From the human T2T-CHM13v2.0 reference genome, Homo sapiens: a stretch of DNA of 64,000 bases. Below the pieces are notes generated by a model. The model did not search any database and was not told the DNA's origin. It worked only from the letters and a program-made list of their open reading frames with translations. Location: NCBI RefSeq assembly GCF_009914755.1, contig NC_060928.1, one strand, 5' to 3'. Shown here piece after piece: positions 38,776-51,463 of this stretch. Position numbers and translations under genes: made by a program. How positions within the stretch are numbered: position 1 is the stretch's first letter; every line of letters starts with the position of its first letter.

Positions 38776-39329
38776 ACCAGCTCACTGAAGATTCTGGTTT
38801 GTGACCAATGGGATTGTAATTCTGAAAGAGAGTAGTAATTATTGTGCTTTTTCTTTTCAGGGAAAGGGGCATGAATCCACTTCACAAGAGATATCTCTGC
38901 TAAAAATCTGGGAATAGGAAGTTGTTTATATTGATCTGACTGCAACATCAGCCAGACATCTTACCTTCGAGGGTTTCCAGGTCTCCAGATTATCAGTATG
39001 CACACACTAAACTGAGACTATGTTCAAAACACTGTGGAACTGAATCCCTAATTGTTGACTAAATGAATAATTATTAGAAGTAGTAGAACTCCAAAGTCAA
39101 GGTTACTCCTGCTGCTTCCGTGTTTGATCTTGGAGGTGGGATTTTGTGTCGCTTTTGAAACGGGTCACAACGCGGAAAAGGCTTAGGTCTTCTCACAGTG
39201 CTTCATATAGGCCCTCTGTCTAAGAACACATTTTCGCTAGCTCTGAAAATTGTTCCATCAGATTTGAGGAACTGTCAAATTTTGGAACAGGGCTTAAAGT
39301 TAGGAGAGCACCCTTCTCCATGCTATTAT

Positions 39330-39545
39330 AATAAGTGTCTTCTGGCATTTCTTTGGCCTCCCAGGGAACAATTGGCAATGTCTAGAGACATTTTTGGTTG
39401 CCACAATTGATGGGGTGCTACTGGCATATAGTACGTAGAGGCCAGGGATGCTGCCAAACATCCTACAAGGCACAGGACAGCACCTGCCCCAACAAAAAAC
39501 TATCCAGTCCAGAATGCTACATGCCAGGGTTGGGAAAGCATGGGC
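39330..39545 (+). mobile_element. MER20
   Basis: ttggcaatgtctagagacatttttggttgccacaa...tgctactggcat...gtagaggccagggatgctgccaaacatcctaca..gcacaggacagc. Confidence 0.9.
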
Positions 39546-40495
39546 TACCCTGCTCTGAGATGCTTGTTGAAAAGGTGGGGATATAAATATCAAAATGAGA
39601 ACATTTCTCCCTCTTTTACATTTCTTCTCCACTATCAAAAGACCCATTAAATTCTGTGGGATATCTGTGCCCAGAGCACTGAGAGAGCCCATGGGGAAAT
39701 TTAAGCAAAGATCAATAATAATCATAATGGGAACAACTCGCATTTGTATATCGCCTTAGTGTTTACCAAGTGCTCTCTTATACGTTAACGCAACTGAAGC
39801 TGTGCTGGGGAAGGAAGTTGGAAAGATTTCCCTGAGAATATTTCCCATTTTACGCATTTCCAGAATTCACGCCTTAAAACAAATTAGAAATAGATTAAAT
39901 GAGGTACCTTTGGTCAAACAGAAAAGCAATTACATGATAGGAAATTGTAATAATCCATCACAGGCATCTGGTTCCGAATCCCAGAGCTGGTTGCAGTTTC
40001 CTCTGGCATCTGCCGCTGAATGCACAACTGCAGAAAGACAGTGCTCTTTGTCTCTGAGATGCAAAGATAAGAGCAGTTGCCCTGGAGGCGGTGTTAGAAG
40101 CAGGGACCCCAGCTCTCTCAGTGATAATTCCGGAGCACCCATCATTCATTGAGTGTCCACGTATTGGGCTCTATGTGGCCTATAGGGTGGATGCCTCCAT
40201 GCTTATTATAAGTTCATTTCTGAGCATCATATTTTTGAAAGGTGAGGATTATTAATTACTTGTGTGTGATGGCTAAGGAAACTGAGAAGTTATACAGCTG
40301 CCTCAGAGAAGACAGCTAAGGACAACTGGTAAGCCAGGATTCAAACACTGGTCCGTCTGCTCCCCAATTTACGCATTTTCTATTACATCAGTTGGGATCT
40401 ATGAATACATGGTGCCTGGCACCCAGAAGGCACTGAGTAAACTTGTTAATGTCATTTTTAGAGAAAAAATCAAAGAAAGAAAAATCTACCGAAAG

Positions 40496-40537
40496 CACAC
40501 ACACACACACACATATACACAGACACACACACACACA
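40496..40537. repeat. Interrupted (CA)n microsatellite
   Basis: Directly visible. Confidence 0.9.
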
Positions 40538-40771
40538 TCCCTCTCTTCTTCGGTGAATTTCCCACCAATGTTAAGGGAGTATACTTGGCTTCTGTTCTTA
40601 TTCAAAACTATTATACCAAAATATCTGCTTTATTATCTAGGAACCTGAAAGCGAATTGCTCATGTTTACATACATGGAAGCTCTGTGAACACTGGGATAT
40701 TCAAATTTTTACCTCATGTATGCAAATCTAAATATTTTCACTGTACCTTCGCAGTATCTTAAATGCAATCA

Positions 40772-41025
40772 TTTATTTTTTAAAAACTTTTATTTTGAGA
40801 TAATGGTAGGTTTAAATGTGGCTGCAAGAAATGGTGCAGAAGGGTCTCAAACACCTTCCACTCAGCTTTCCCCAATGGCAACATCTTTCATGACTATAGT
40901 ACAAGATGACAACCAAGGAATTGCCATTGGCATCCATCACACCTGACTTAATTCAGATTTCACCAGTTTTCTGTCCACTCGTTTGAGTATGTGTTTAATT
41001 CTATGCAATTTTATCACATGCGCAC
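40772..41025 (-). mobile_element. L1M (L1MC-like) 3'UTR fragment
   Basis: aaacttttattttgagataat...cagctttccccaatggcaacatct...ttattcagatttcaccagtttt...ttctatgcaattttatcacatg. Confidence 0.75.
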
Positions 41026-42659
41026 TTATTTTATGGCATGATATGTCCTCATGTGACTTCAATATAAATCAAAATACAAAACAGTAATAAAATGCATCTC
41101 TAATGTAGACACAGTACTTCAATTGATTCATTGAGGGTCATCTCTATGCCAGCCACTTTTATTTAAAAAAAGAAAGAAAGAAACAGAAAGAATACACAGC
41201 CCCTGCTGTCACAGAACTTCTAATCTCATGGGAAAGGCAGGGATATAGATAATTATGGGACCAAAATGGGTACAAAATGAAAAAAAAAAACCCTTAATTG
41301 GTTGCAAAAATAATCAAGATAAATAAAATTATATATTTTGGTGCTTATTATGTTGGCCTTGATCCCAAAGTCACTCGTACCTTTAACACTATCTATGTCT
41401 TAATATATTAATAGCACTCATGTAACATATGTTTAACATTTTAAAATATTAGCTTTAATGATCTATCAATATGCTGTCTGTGTATCTTTTCCCATTGCAA
41501 CAATTCAATTCAATGTGTTGAAACATAAAAATAAATCAACTTCAGTGTTGATTTATTCATGCATAGATTTCTCCATTTCTTTATTATAAGATCACATGGA
41601 ATTCCATTAAATGACATATATCTGTTTGTGCTTGATTAAACAAAAGTACTTGTCAGAGGAAGAGGGAATATTTGGCATATTGGTAGGTGCCCTTTAAGCT
41701 TTTATAAGTAATAATAACAGTATTTTATACCCACATGAAGGCCTCTACTGGGAGAAGCCAGAGAAAAAATGTTTTGTAACTGGCTAATGTCATGTCTGAA
41801 CACCTGACACACTTAATTTCCCACCGCAGGGCGTGGAGGAGAGGTTGTGTGTGTGTGTGCATTTGTGTGTTAAAGCACTTCACATATAGCTGAATCTAAA
41901 TGAATTTCTTCTTTGTTGCTACATCTAGCCCACTTTGTCCTGGAGTATGTTTCTAACTTAGTGTTCAGGACCCATGTGAAAATTCTGGAAGATGTTGATG
42001 GAAAAAGAATAAGACAGCAAAGTATTCTGTCTCTGTGTCTATTCCAGCTCCATTATTGCTAGAAAGTGGAAAGCTAATCCAATGCAGCTGTGACTGTGAA
42101 GGCTCTGAGGTATCTTAAGGGGAAGCCCCTTCGCCAAGATCACGGAACACCCTGGGGACCTGGCCTGGATTAAGGCATCCATTATTGAGTTCCCACTCTG
42201 TGCAAGGCACAATGTCAAGTGCTGTGGGGAATTACACAGAAGAGGAAAAAAATCTATCAACCAGTAAGCAATATTCACCACTGACTACAAACAGGGCAAT
42301 GTACTAACTTCTGACAATACAAACAGCTCTATGAAATCATCTCTACCTTTGAGAAAAGTATAGTCCAAATGAGAACTCAGGAATGAGACACGTTTCAAGG
42401 GTGATGTAAGAATGGGACACTTGCTTTCAGAAACAAAACAAACCAAAACATATGGTATAAGCTATAAATACTGTAGGAATACCAAAAAGAAAGGAGGAAA
42501 ATGAGATCCAAGTCAAGGAAGAGTTCTGGACAAGGTGGAGTGTGAGTTTAGGCATTGAAGATGAGTAAGATTTGCAAGCATGGGAGAGTAGGGCAAAGGG
42601 CAGAGGTGGGAACAGTCAGGTGCCAGATGGTGAGGCCAGAACAGAGACCCTGCTTTTTG

Positions 42660-42860
42660 GTATTTGAGTCAAACAAGTTGAGATTGGATTCTTGGCCCCT
42701 CGCTTAAAAGCAGTGAATTTGAGAAAGTCCCTTAACCTCTTTGAACCTCAGTTCCCTTAAGTGGGGAGAGGACAGTTAAGTGGGGAGAGAATAGCGCCTA
42801 TGTGTTGGAGTTATAGTGTGAATATCTGTGAAGTTCTTAACATGGCCAATCAGCACTGAA
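42660..42860 (+). mobile_element. MIR (diverged)
   Basis: ttgagtcaaacaagttg...tttgagaaagtcccttaacctctttgaacctcagttccctt. Confidence 0.65.
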
Positions 42861-44982
42861 GGAAAATAGTCATGGGGCACTGGGGAGGAAGAAGATGAAT
42901 GGATAACAGAAGGATGAACAGAGTTCAGGGTGGCCTGAAGCCAGCCAAAGGAGTTGAGCTTCTTTCCCAAGCTGCCAAGGGTCTTCTGAGCTTACCTAAC
43001 AAAAGCAAAACAAATAAGCATATGTGCATAAAATACGTTAACAAATAAAAATGTATTCACAATCAACAAAACAGAAGGGAGAAAAGCTCTGAAGTATGTG
43101 GTTAAGAATTGCAAAGGATAAATGGCAAGAGGGATGACTGGATTGGGCGGGAAAGGTGACCAGAGGTAGGTAACACTCATCAGGCAGAAGAACTGGATTA
43201 CAATCCACATCCCCCACATTCAGAGCTTCAACCTAGCAGCATTGGCTCTGCTGATCTCCTGTTAGACAAGACCCCTCCTTGGGAAAGGATCCAATAGCTT
43301 ACTAATCTGAGATTCTAGTCAATTCCATTTAACTCCAGAACATATATTGTTTTTAGATCAAATATCTTGTTCCATGTAATTAAGGCACTCATGTAATTTA
43401 TTGTCTTAACTGGGAGAGTTTTGTTCTGACAAATGCTAAGCCAGATGGGCTGCCAGGAAAATGGAGATAAACTGAAACTGTTCAGCCAAGCCAGGACATG
43501 TGTTTCCATTTCATACCACCCACACAAATAATATTCAATTTCTGCATGTTAGTCTATTAAGAAACACTGGGAAATGGCTAGGCCTATTTTTGCCAAATTT
43601 GGAACTGCCTGAATTAGAATGTCAGTTTCGGCAAAATTTACATTGAAGGGTCTGAGAGACACCTAAGTGTGTAGACCGTCTTTCTCTGCAGCATCTGAAA
43701 CTTGATTATGAGCGGTATTGGTGACTTCCATTTGAAAGGAAGTTCCCATTGTCTTAGGACCAGCAGTAGATCAGTAGATAGAGAAAGCAAACAACGATTT
43801 CAAAGATCAACCCCAAATCAGAAGCACCAAGGACAGACTGGCCAACCCTAAAAAGGAATGGCAGTGGGAGGCATAGCAAGCTGTTTCTTGATTATGAAGC
43901 ATTTAGGACAAATAGTTGTAGGACTTACCTTCTTCACAGTAACACAGTAAAGGTAAAGGTCAACTCAAGAGTTATTAGTTGTTAAACAATTATTTTGTAC
44001 CAGGCCCACTGATAAATTCTTTTCTTTTTTATCAGCTATATTGAAGTACAATTGACATACATTAGACTGGACATACTGATTTTGGAGTATTCTTACTCCT
44101 AGTTGTTCATCAAGTGTCTGATTTATGTGTGTCCCAATCATGGGACAGGCAAAATGCAGTGTTGGGGACTAGTGTGGTTTCAGGGGTGAAGGGGGGACCT
44201 TGCCCAGAGCCTTGGGATTCTAAGTGGAGTGAGCTTTCCTAGTAACACTCTGGGCTACTCTTGGGCCCCCTCCACACTTTACCCCAAGAAATGTGGAATC
44301 AGCTATTTGATAAATTCTAGAGGAGTTACTAAGAAAATCCAGCTTGGTTTTATTCTCTCTTCTTTGGGAGAGAACTGTCTGCAGAAAGGATTCATTCTCT
44401 TCTCCATACATCTTGATATGTGGTATACAAGGGCAGGGCCTGGAGGCAGATGCAAGGTGTGTTACTCCAGCTCATGACAGGGTGAGAAAATGGTCTTCTC
44501 TGCAGCCCCATAAGGGAAATCTCACTTAATCCACTCATCTAACAACCTATTTTCCCACCTAGACTTCACCTCTATAAAGAAAATTTTCTATTTCTACCTG
44601 ATTGAGTCCTTTTATCTTCAAACAAATATAGGGATGAAGGGTGATATTTATCATGCTTTCTCAAGTCTCAACAATAGAGAACCCAAGAAATACAAAACAA
44701 AGTCCCTGACCTCATTGTTAGGTTATAGAGACAAATCATATATACACAAATTTACTGAGACTATGTAAAATATGAAATTGTTTGTTATTAATGCCTTCTA
44801 GTAATATAAATGGTGCAAATGTAATCTTTTTAGTCTTCAGTTTTCATCCTTTTTATTCATATGTGCAAGAACTAAAGGATAGTGTATAAAAATAAAACAA
44901 TTTTATCAGAGTGACTGTAATGAATGATTCTTTTAATTTTTGATGTGATGTCAGTGTATAAAGAAAGGGAATAACAAAAAGT

Positions 44983-45052
44983 GAGAGAAGAAAGGAGGAG
45001 GAGAGGGAGGAAGGAAGGAAGGAAGGCAGGAAGGCAGGAAGGAAGGGAGGAA
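44983..45052. repeat. (GGAA)/(GGA)n purine-rich repeat
   Basis: Directly visible. Confidence 0.9.
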
Positions 45053-45084
45053 ATCTTTTCTGAGTTGACAGTAAAATAATAAAT

Positions 45085-45340
45085 GACAATGATAGTGATG
45101 AGTGCTAACGTTTTTCTAGCATTTACTATGGGCCAGGCACTAATCCTTTACCTATATTAACTCATTGAATCCTCACAACAACCCTATGAAGTGGGTACTA
45201 CTGTTGTTACTCTCATTTCAAAGGTCAGGAAAATGAGGCAAAGTTAAGTGACCTGATCACAATGGCATGATCTACAAGAAACAGGAGCAGACGTGGGATT
45301 TGAATGTCTGTGAGCCGCCTTCAGCACTTAACATTACACT
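45085..45340 (-). mobile_element. MIR, near full length
   Basis: gcatttactatgggccaggcact...attaactcattgaatcctcacaacaaccctatgaagtgggtact...ggaaaatgaggca. Confidence 0.88.
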
Positions 45341-45666
45341 CCATAGCTGCTGGTGATGGGCACTGAGAGTGGCCATCACCATGGCCTCAGGGAAGGCCAT
45401 GAGGAGAAAATGGTGGGGGCAGGGGAAGAGAGTGTTCGTAAAGGAGGAGCTGATGTGAGTAAGGCCAGAGGTGAGGGTGGGCAAGGGGCCTTCATCAGGA
45501 ATGCCAGGTGCCAGCCCGGCCAGAGCACAGGGTCAGTGCAGGGAGACTGGATGTAGCTCAGCCACTTATGTCTCTGCATTTCTGCAGGAATGATTGTCCC
45601 TTTCTGCTCAGAACATCTTTCTCTTGTCCCTTTTCCTAAATGAAACTAATTTCACCTCTCACTGTC

Positions 45667-46014
45667 TGCTATAGATGGAATCTTTATAAGCCCCCCAAAT
45701 TCCTGTATTGAAGCCCTAATCCCCAGTGCAATGGTATTTGGAGATGGGACCTTTGGGAGGTGATTAGATCATGAAGGCAGAGCCCTCGTGAATAGGATTA
45801 GTGCCCACATAAGAAGACAGGCAAGAGAGATGATCTCTCTCTGTCATGCCGGGATACAGCAAGAAGGCATCCTTCTGAAAATCCTTGCCAGGAACCAAAT
45901 GAGACAGCATCTTAATGCTGGACTTCCCTGCTTTCAGGACTTTGAAGAATATTTTTCAGTTGTTTAAATCACCCAGTTTATGGTGTTCTTGGCATGGCAG
46001 TGCAAACGAAGACA
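45667..46014 (+). mobile_element. MLT1A-like solo LTR
   Basis: ccccaaattcctgtattgaagccctaatccccagtg...tttgggaggtgattagatcatga...ggattagtgccc...cacccagtttatggt...aagaca. Confidence 0.9.
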
Positions 46015-46154
46015 CCTTTCTCCTGACTCAGTGAAATGGAAGCAGGGAAACACCATCTGCTTCAGCCTGCTCTTTGTTTTACCAACTGCATCTCAAGACC
46101 ACCTCTGGCAAAGAGCATAAGTGCTTGCCTTCTCAAAACTCACTATGTGAGCTA

Positions 46155-46395
46155 TTAATAGTAAAATAATCACCATTTACAGGGTCCTTATGGTATGCAG
46201 GGAACTGCACTGAGGACTTACTTATCTCATTTACTCCCCTTACAAAGATCCCCTGGAAAAACTTTCCGTCTAGTTTAAAGATGAGAATATTGAGGCTCAG
46301 AAAAGCTAAGTGGCATGCCCAGTGCCAAGCAGCAAGTAAGTATAGAAGCATGGGTTTCAGTCCTGGTCTGTCCAACTCCAAAGCCACGCTCATAT
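46155..46395 (-). mobile_element. MIR
   Basis: agatgagaatattgaggctcagaaaagctaagtggcatgccc...ggtctgtccaactccaaagcc. Confidence 0.8.
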
Positions 46396-46662
46396 TCATT
46401 GTTGTATTCAGAGCCTTTTTCTACTTTTTAAATAACCTGCACAGTATATAGAACTGGGGGAAAGAAAAAGGCAAATGAGAGCAAAACCAAACAACAAACA
46501 AGAACCCTCCTACAATGCAACATGTCTGAATTCTCTTAACTCTTCAGAATTAATTGTCTGTGATACTTACACAACCAAAGAAAGAAACACCCACCCACAA
46601 GTCAATTAAGTAGTAAATCTGGAAATTTACCATTAAGATGAAAAGTCACAAGAAAATAGGAT

Positions 46663-47269
46663 TGTGGTAGGCAAAATTCAAAGATGCGCCTCAGGACTAC
46701 TGGCCCTTGGTTATTCAATATAATACAAATCTAGGTACTGCTATAAAGAGATTTTACAGATGTAAATGAAATCCCAAATCAGCAGTCCTCAAAATATGGA
46801 AATTTTTGAAGTGGGAAATTTAAAGTGACCAATTACATGAACCCTTTAAAAACAGAGTTTTCTCTGGCTGGTTGTAGAAGAGGAAATCAGAGAGATTTTA
46901 ATTGTTCAAGGGATTCAATTTGAAATAGGTTTTCCCTGACTGGATAAAGGGGATGTGGGTGACCCCCAAAAGCTGAGAGGTGTCCCTGGCCAACAACCAG
47001 CAAGAAATTGGGGATTTAGTTCTATAACCATAGGAAATTGAATTCTTCAAACAATCTGAATGAGCTTGCAAGTAAAATAGCCCCAAGACCCTACAGATAA
47101 GAGCCCAACCCAGCTGAAACCATGACTTGGGCCTTGTGAGAACCTAAACTGAGAACACAGTTGAGCCCATTTGGACTTCTGACCTACAAAACTGAAAGAT
47201 AATACATAGGTGTTACATCAAACCATTAGGCTTGTTATAATTTGTTACATAGCAATAAGAATGAATTCA
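46663..47269 (+). mobile_element. MLT1E-like solo LTR
   Basis: tgtggtaggcaaaattc...ggttattcaat...aatctaggtactgct...ccagcaagaaattgggg...ggacttctgacctaca...taatttgttacatagcaata. Confidence 0.85.
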
Positions 47270-47316
47270 ATCATTTTGTTGTAGGATAAGGCAAATAATT
47301 GAATTGTATTCTATTC

Positions 47317-47567
47317 TTTTTTTTTTTTTTTTTTTTTTTTTGCGACAGAGTCTCGCTCTGTCACCCAGGCTGGAGTGCAGTGATGGGACTGCACTGGGCT
47401 GGGACTACAGACTCCCGCCACGAGGCCTGGCTCATTTTTTTGTATTTTTAGTAGAGACGGGGTTTCACCGTGTTAGCCAGGATGGTCTGGATCTTCTGAC
47501 CTCGTGATCTGCCCGCCTTGGCCTCCCAAAGTGCTGGGATTACAGGCGTGAGCGACTGTGCCCGGCC
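47317..47567 (-). mobile_element. AluY-like element with ~70-bp internal deletion and 15-nt filler
   Basis: Antisense Alu (accgtgttagccaggatgg); TSD TCTATTCTT at 47310-47318 and 47568-47576; consensus is interrupted at 47383-47397. Confidence 0.92.
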
Positions 47568-49399
47568 TCTATTCTTCATTTTAACAACATACATTGATTC
47601 CAGTTCTGCAACTTGAGAGCTGGAGAAATCTCTTCTACTTTTAATGGCATTAAGTTAAACCATCAAGAGACAGAGGACGGGTGCCTATTTATAAATGAAG
47701 ATTTACAGTAAAATGCAGAACTGACTGATTTTCCAGGTGACTACATACCTTTAAAAATTAATATCATTTGAACATTGCTCATCATCGTGTTTATTTTATA
47801 TAGACAGAGAGAAGATAATTGTTTAAGATAGTTGATGGATTTGAGTCTTAAATAAGTAAAAAGCACATGTTCTCACACTGTAATAATTTTAATCTGTCAG
47901 GGAAAAAGCAAAGCCTTAGAAACAAGTCAAAAAGTAACTAGTTAAAATTTAAAAAATCCCAATTTAGATTCTGTCAGCCATAAAAAGCAGTTTATTTTAT
48001 TTCTCTGAGGACAAGGATTATTAGAGATAGAAAAATAAGTACAATAATGCCTGTAGGAAATGGAGAGACCAGGCATCGTCAGCTGGCTCCTCCCTCATTT
48101 ACCAACTGAACGCTCTGCCTCCTCACAGCCCACTGAGCCTCAACACAAGGTGGCTGTGACAATGACCAATGTTATTTCATAAAGCACTTAGAATAATGAC
48201 AAATATTGTTAGATACCCAGTAAATGTTTATTCTCACCCTTCTGAACTATCCACCAGTTGGTTGGGAATGCTGCCTCCCCACGCCTGATGTTTCTTTCCT
48301 ATGATGGCAGCTCAGTTAATTTCAGAGCCCTGGTATGCTCAGCTTAGCACCTCCCTTCTTCGTTCCCCAGAGGTCAACTTAGCTCCTGGAGGGAAAAGAC
48401 TTACCCCAGTGCAGCTTTGCCTGCACCTGGTTCTGAGGCTCAGAATTCTGAGACAGACTTCATGTTGAGTCCTCCAACCAAAGGTAACATTTCAGACTAA
48501 TCTTTAATGCTGTATTTTATGTCATTACTTGTTCACAACCAAGATGGGAAACAGCGTGCTAGCTATTGAGGCTTGTCTTCTGAGCCCCCAGTAATACCTC
48601 TCAAGAAACTCTGATTCATCCCACTTTCATTTTGACATACAGGATTTTTCTACCAAAGACATGTAACTCTGGGACATGTCCTTTAATGAATGCCTTTCCT
48701 ATTTACAAATCTCTCTGGTAAATTGCACTAATGCAGTTTTTCAGCCTGACAAACTCAACCCACTTGGGAGCTTTCTATCTCAGAGATAAATGAGAGGTAA
48801 ACTTAATTAAATGTTTATGGAGTACCGCACCTCCCCCCGCAAAAAGTGTAACTTTAAACAATCCATTACAAAACCAACAACTGTATTTATCTCTAAATAC
48901 ATTCATGTTTGGAAAATTCCCCTTGTAGATAACTGTACAGCTGGAAGATGTCACATAGGCGTACTTCCTGCCTTAATACTAATATTATGCTTTCTCAATC
49001 CCAAGAGCTAACATAATTTCAATTATAAATTCACATAGTCTAAAAATGTATACCATGGTGAAATTTTTAAAAAATGGAGCTTCAGGAGAATCAAAACACT
49101 TGCAACCTAGAGCTAGTGCTACCATTAATTACAAACAGGACCTTGACCACTTGATACCATTTATAAAACTTATCTGTAAAAGAAGTTGCTTGGACTGTAA
49201 TCTCCAAAGTTTCTTTCAGCTCTAAAATTGTGTCATTTTTCAGGACCAATTAACAAAGAACACAGGAGTAAAACTGCTCAGAAATGTGGAGAAGTATTTT
49301 TCCAGAAGAGGGTAAACTTCTATCAGTGAAGACCATTGCCACTAGAAATTGTTCACCTTACGAAGGTGCCAGGATAGATAAAAGTAGAATGATGGATTA

Positions 49400-49830
49400 G
49401 CATATTCGTTAATGTTAGATTCCATAATAGATGAACCTTCAAGGCTCAGCAGCTTAGCACAACAGAAATTTGTTTCTTGTTCATCTACTTTCTGACGGGG
49501 AGGTTCAATAGGAAGCTTACCTTGCAGGGATGCAAAGACCCAGCTCTTCCTTCCTGTGGCCCCATCACCTGCAGAGCCTCTAATCCTTCTAATCTGGGAA
49601 AATAGAGAAGAAGGCTCACCTGCTTCTTAACCACCCAGCTGGAAAGCAACACACATCATTTATCTCACTTTCTATTAGCAGTAATGGATCAGAAGACCTG
49701 CCTAGATATAAGGGAACATAAAATAGGATGTTGGCATTATAGTTCCTGAATGGGCAGCCAGCTGGCAGCAACTACTTTCCTCCATGGAAAATGGGAACTG
49801 ATCTATTAAGAGCAATGCCACGTCTATCAC
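49400..49830 (-). mobile_element. Ancient MLT1-type LTR fragment
   Basis: ctcagcagcttagcacaacagaaatttgtttcttgttca...ggaaagcaacacacatcattt..ctcactttctattagc. Confidence 0.55.
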
Positions 49831-50505
49831 AGTTAATGTGATGGGCTCCTCAACAGATACAAACTTTCTCTTTTCTACAGCAACTTTTACATCAGCAACT
49901 AATTTCTGCTCTATCTGTTTTTAGTGACGTGATAAAAGTCTGCTAAATAAACAGCAACAGTCATGACTCGAAGCAAGCTAATCTCAGCGGAAATTTCGTG
50001 TGAGTTTTGCTCTGTGTGCCTTTTGTTTTTAATGTGTGCAAGCAGAAATACAAGCCAGATGACTCTAAGAGAAGAAAACATGACTGCAGTTATTTCTGTC
50101 CAATCATAATAAGAACTAACAAATGAAGAATGGCTGGATTTAGGTAGAATTCCAATCGTCAAGAATTTTCTACAAAATATGTATATATTCCCTGATTACT
50201 CATTCATCATATTTTGGCTTATTGAGCTGCTGACAGAGTATATTTCTTGTTTTGTGGGAGAAAAACACTTTGAAAAGGTGGTGTGTTATTATCTAGATAG
50301 CGAAACCTTGTTTTTAATTTGCTCTCTAAGATGAAGAAAAGTCTAGATCTAATATATTCAGGTTTTAGCCCAGTAGAAACATTTGGACCTTTGGATTTTG
50401 GATTTGATAACATCGCCACCACACATTATCATCTATGAGGGAAAGCAAAACTTATTAAAGAATATAAATTCAGAACTCTAGGCCAATAACAAGTATTAAC
50501 TAAAG

Positions 50506-50713
50506 CAGGGGCTGGAAAACTTTCTCTGTGAGGGACCATATAGTAAATGTTTTAGGTTTTATGAGCCATATTGTCTCTTTTACAGATACTCTACTTTGTA
50601 TTTATAGCTATGAAATGTAAATAAATGGGCATGGCTGTGTTCCAATAAAACTTTACTTACAAAAACAGGCGATGAGCTGCATTTGACCCACAAGCTGTAA
50701 TTTACTGATTCCT
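50506..50713 (-). mobile_element. MER58A
   Basis: caggggctggaaaactttctctgt...atagtaaatgttttagg...aatgggcatggctgtgttccaataaaactttacttacaaaaacaggc. Confidence 0.88.
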
Positions 50714-51068
50714 AAATTAGAGATGAAATGGCAGAAAACCCAAAATGGAAAATCTTGTCATGTATAGCTTGGAAAGGGCCTCAGTTTTCCTCTTCTATTT
50801 TGGAGCTATGTCTTTCAGGTTTATTTAGAACTTTCTGTATAAAATAAATAACACTTCTATCATAAACAGTTGATGAAAGGAAAGGATATTTACCAGCTGC
50901 TAATGAGCAGAGCTTGAGTCCCAGGAGACCAGGTTCTAATTTTGGCTCTGCCAGTATGGAGGATGCGATCCTCACTCGCTCCATTTAACTTCAATAGGTC
51001 TTTGTTTCTGCCTCCCTAAAATCAGGGAGTTAGCTGAGGTTACCTCAGATACCTTTTACATCTCTCAA

Positions 51069-51124
51069 GTTTTTTTTGTTTTGTTTTGTTTTTTGTTTTT
51101 TTGTTTTGTTTTGTTTTGTTTTTG
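51069..51124. repeat. (TTTTG)n microsatellite
   Basis: Directly visible. Confidence 0.9.
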
Positions 51125-51463
51125 CTGGAAAGCTAACTGCTCTAGAAAAAACCTTTGACTTGACTCAGAGGACACGGTGAGATGAGTTACATAAACTCTA
51201 TAAGGCTCCATCTCCTCACCTGTTGAATGGACCTAATATTCTCTACCTGAAAGGATTAAATAAAGTCATGTATGTGAAATTAAGTAGCAGGGGGAAGGAA
51301 GCAGATTCGATGTCCCAATGTGAATGGAATCCAAATAACGTGATTTCATGACTAGTTTAAAGGAATCTTCTTCACTATTATCCTAACATCACAAGCAAAG
51401 CTGCCCACCCTCAGAATCCGGAAGCATTCTCTACCAAGTGGTCACCAAAACACAGGCAAAAGA

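Noticed and set aside
38338-38948. Longest ORFs in the window (165, 112, 110 and 90 aa)
   Set aside because: Open only because the C/T tract lacks stop codons; products are F/L/P/S or E/K/R/G low complexity.
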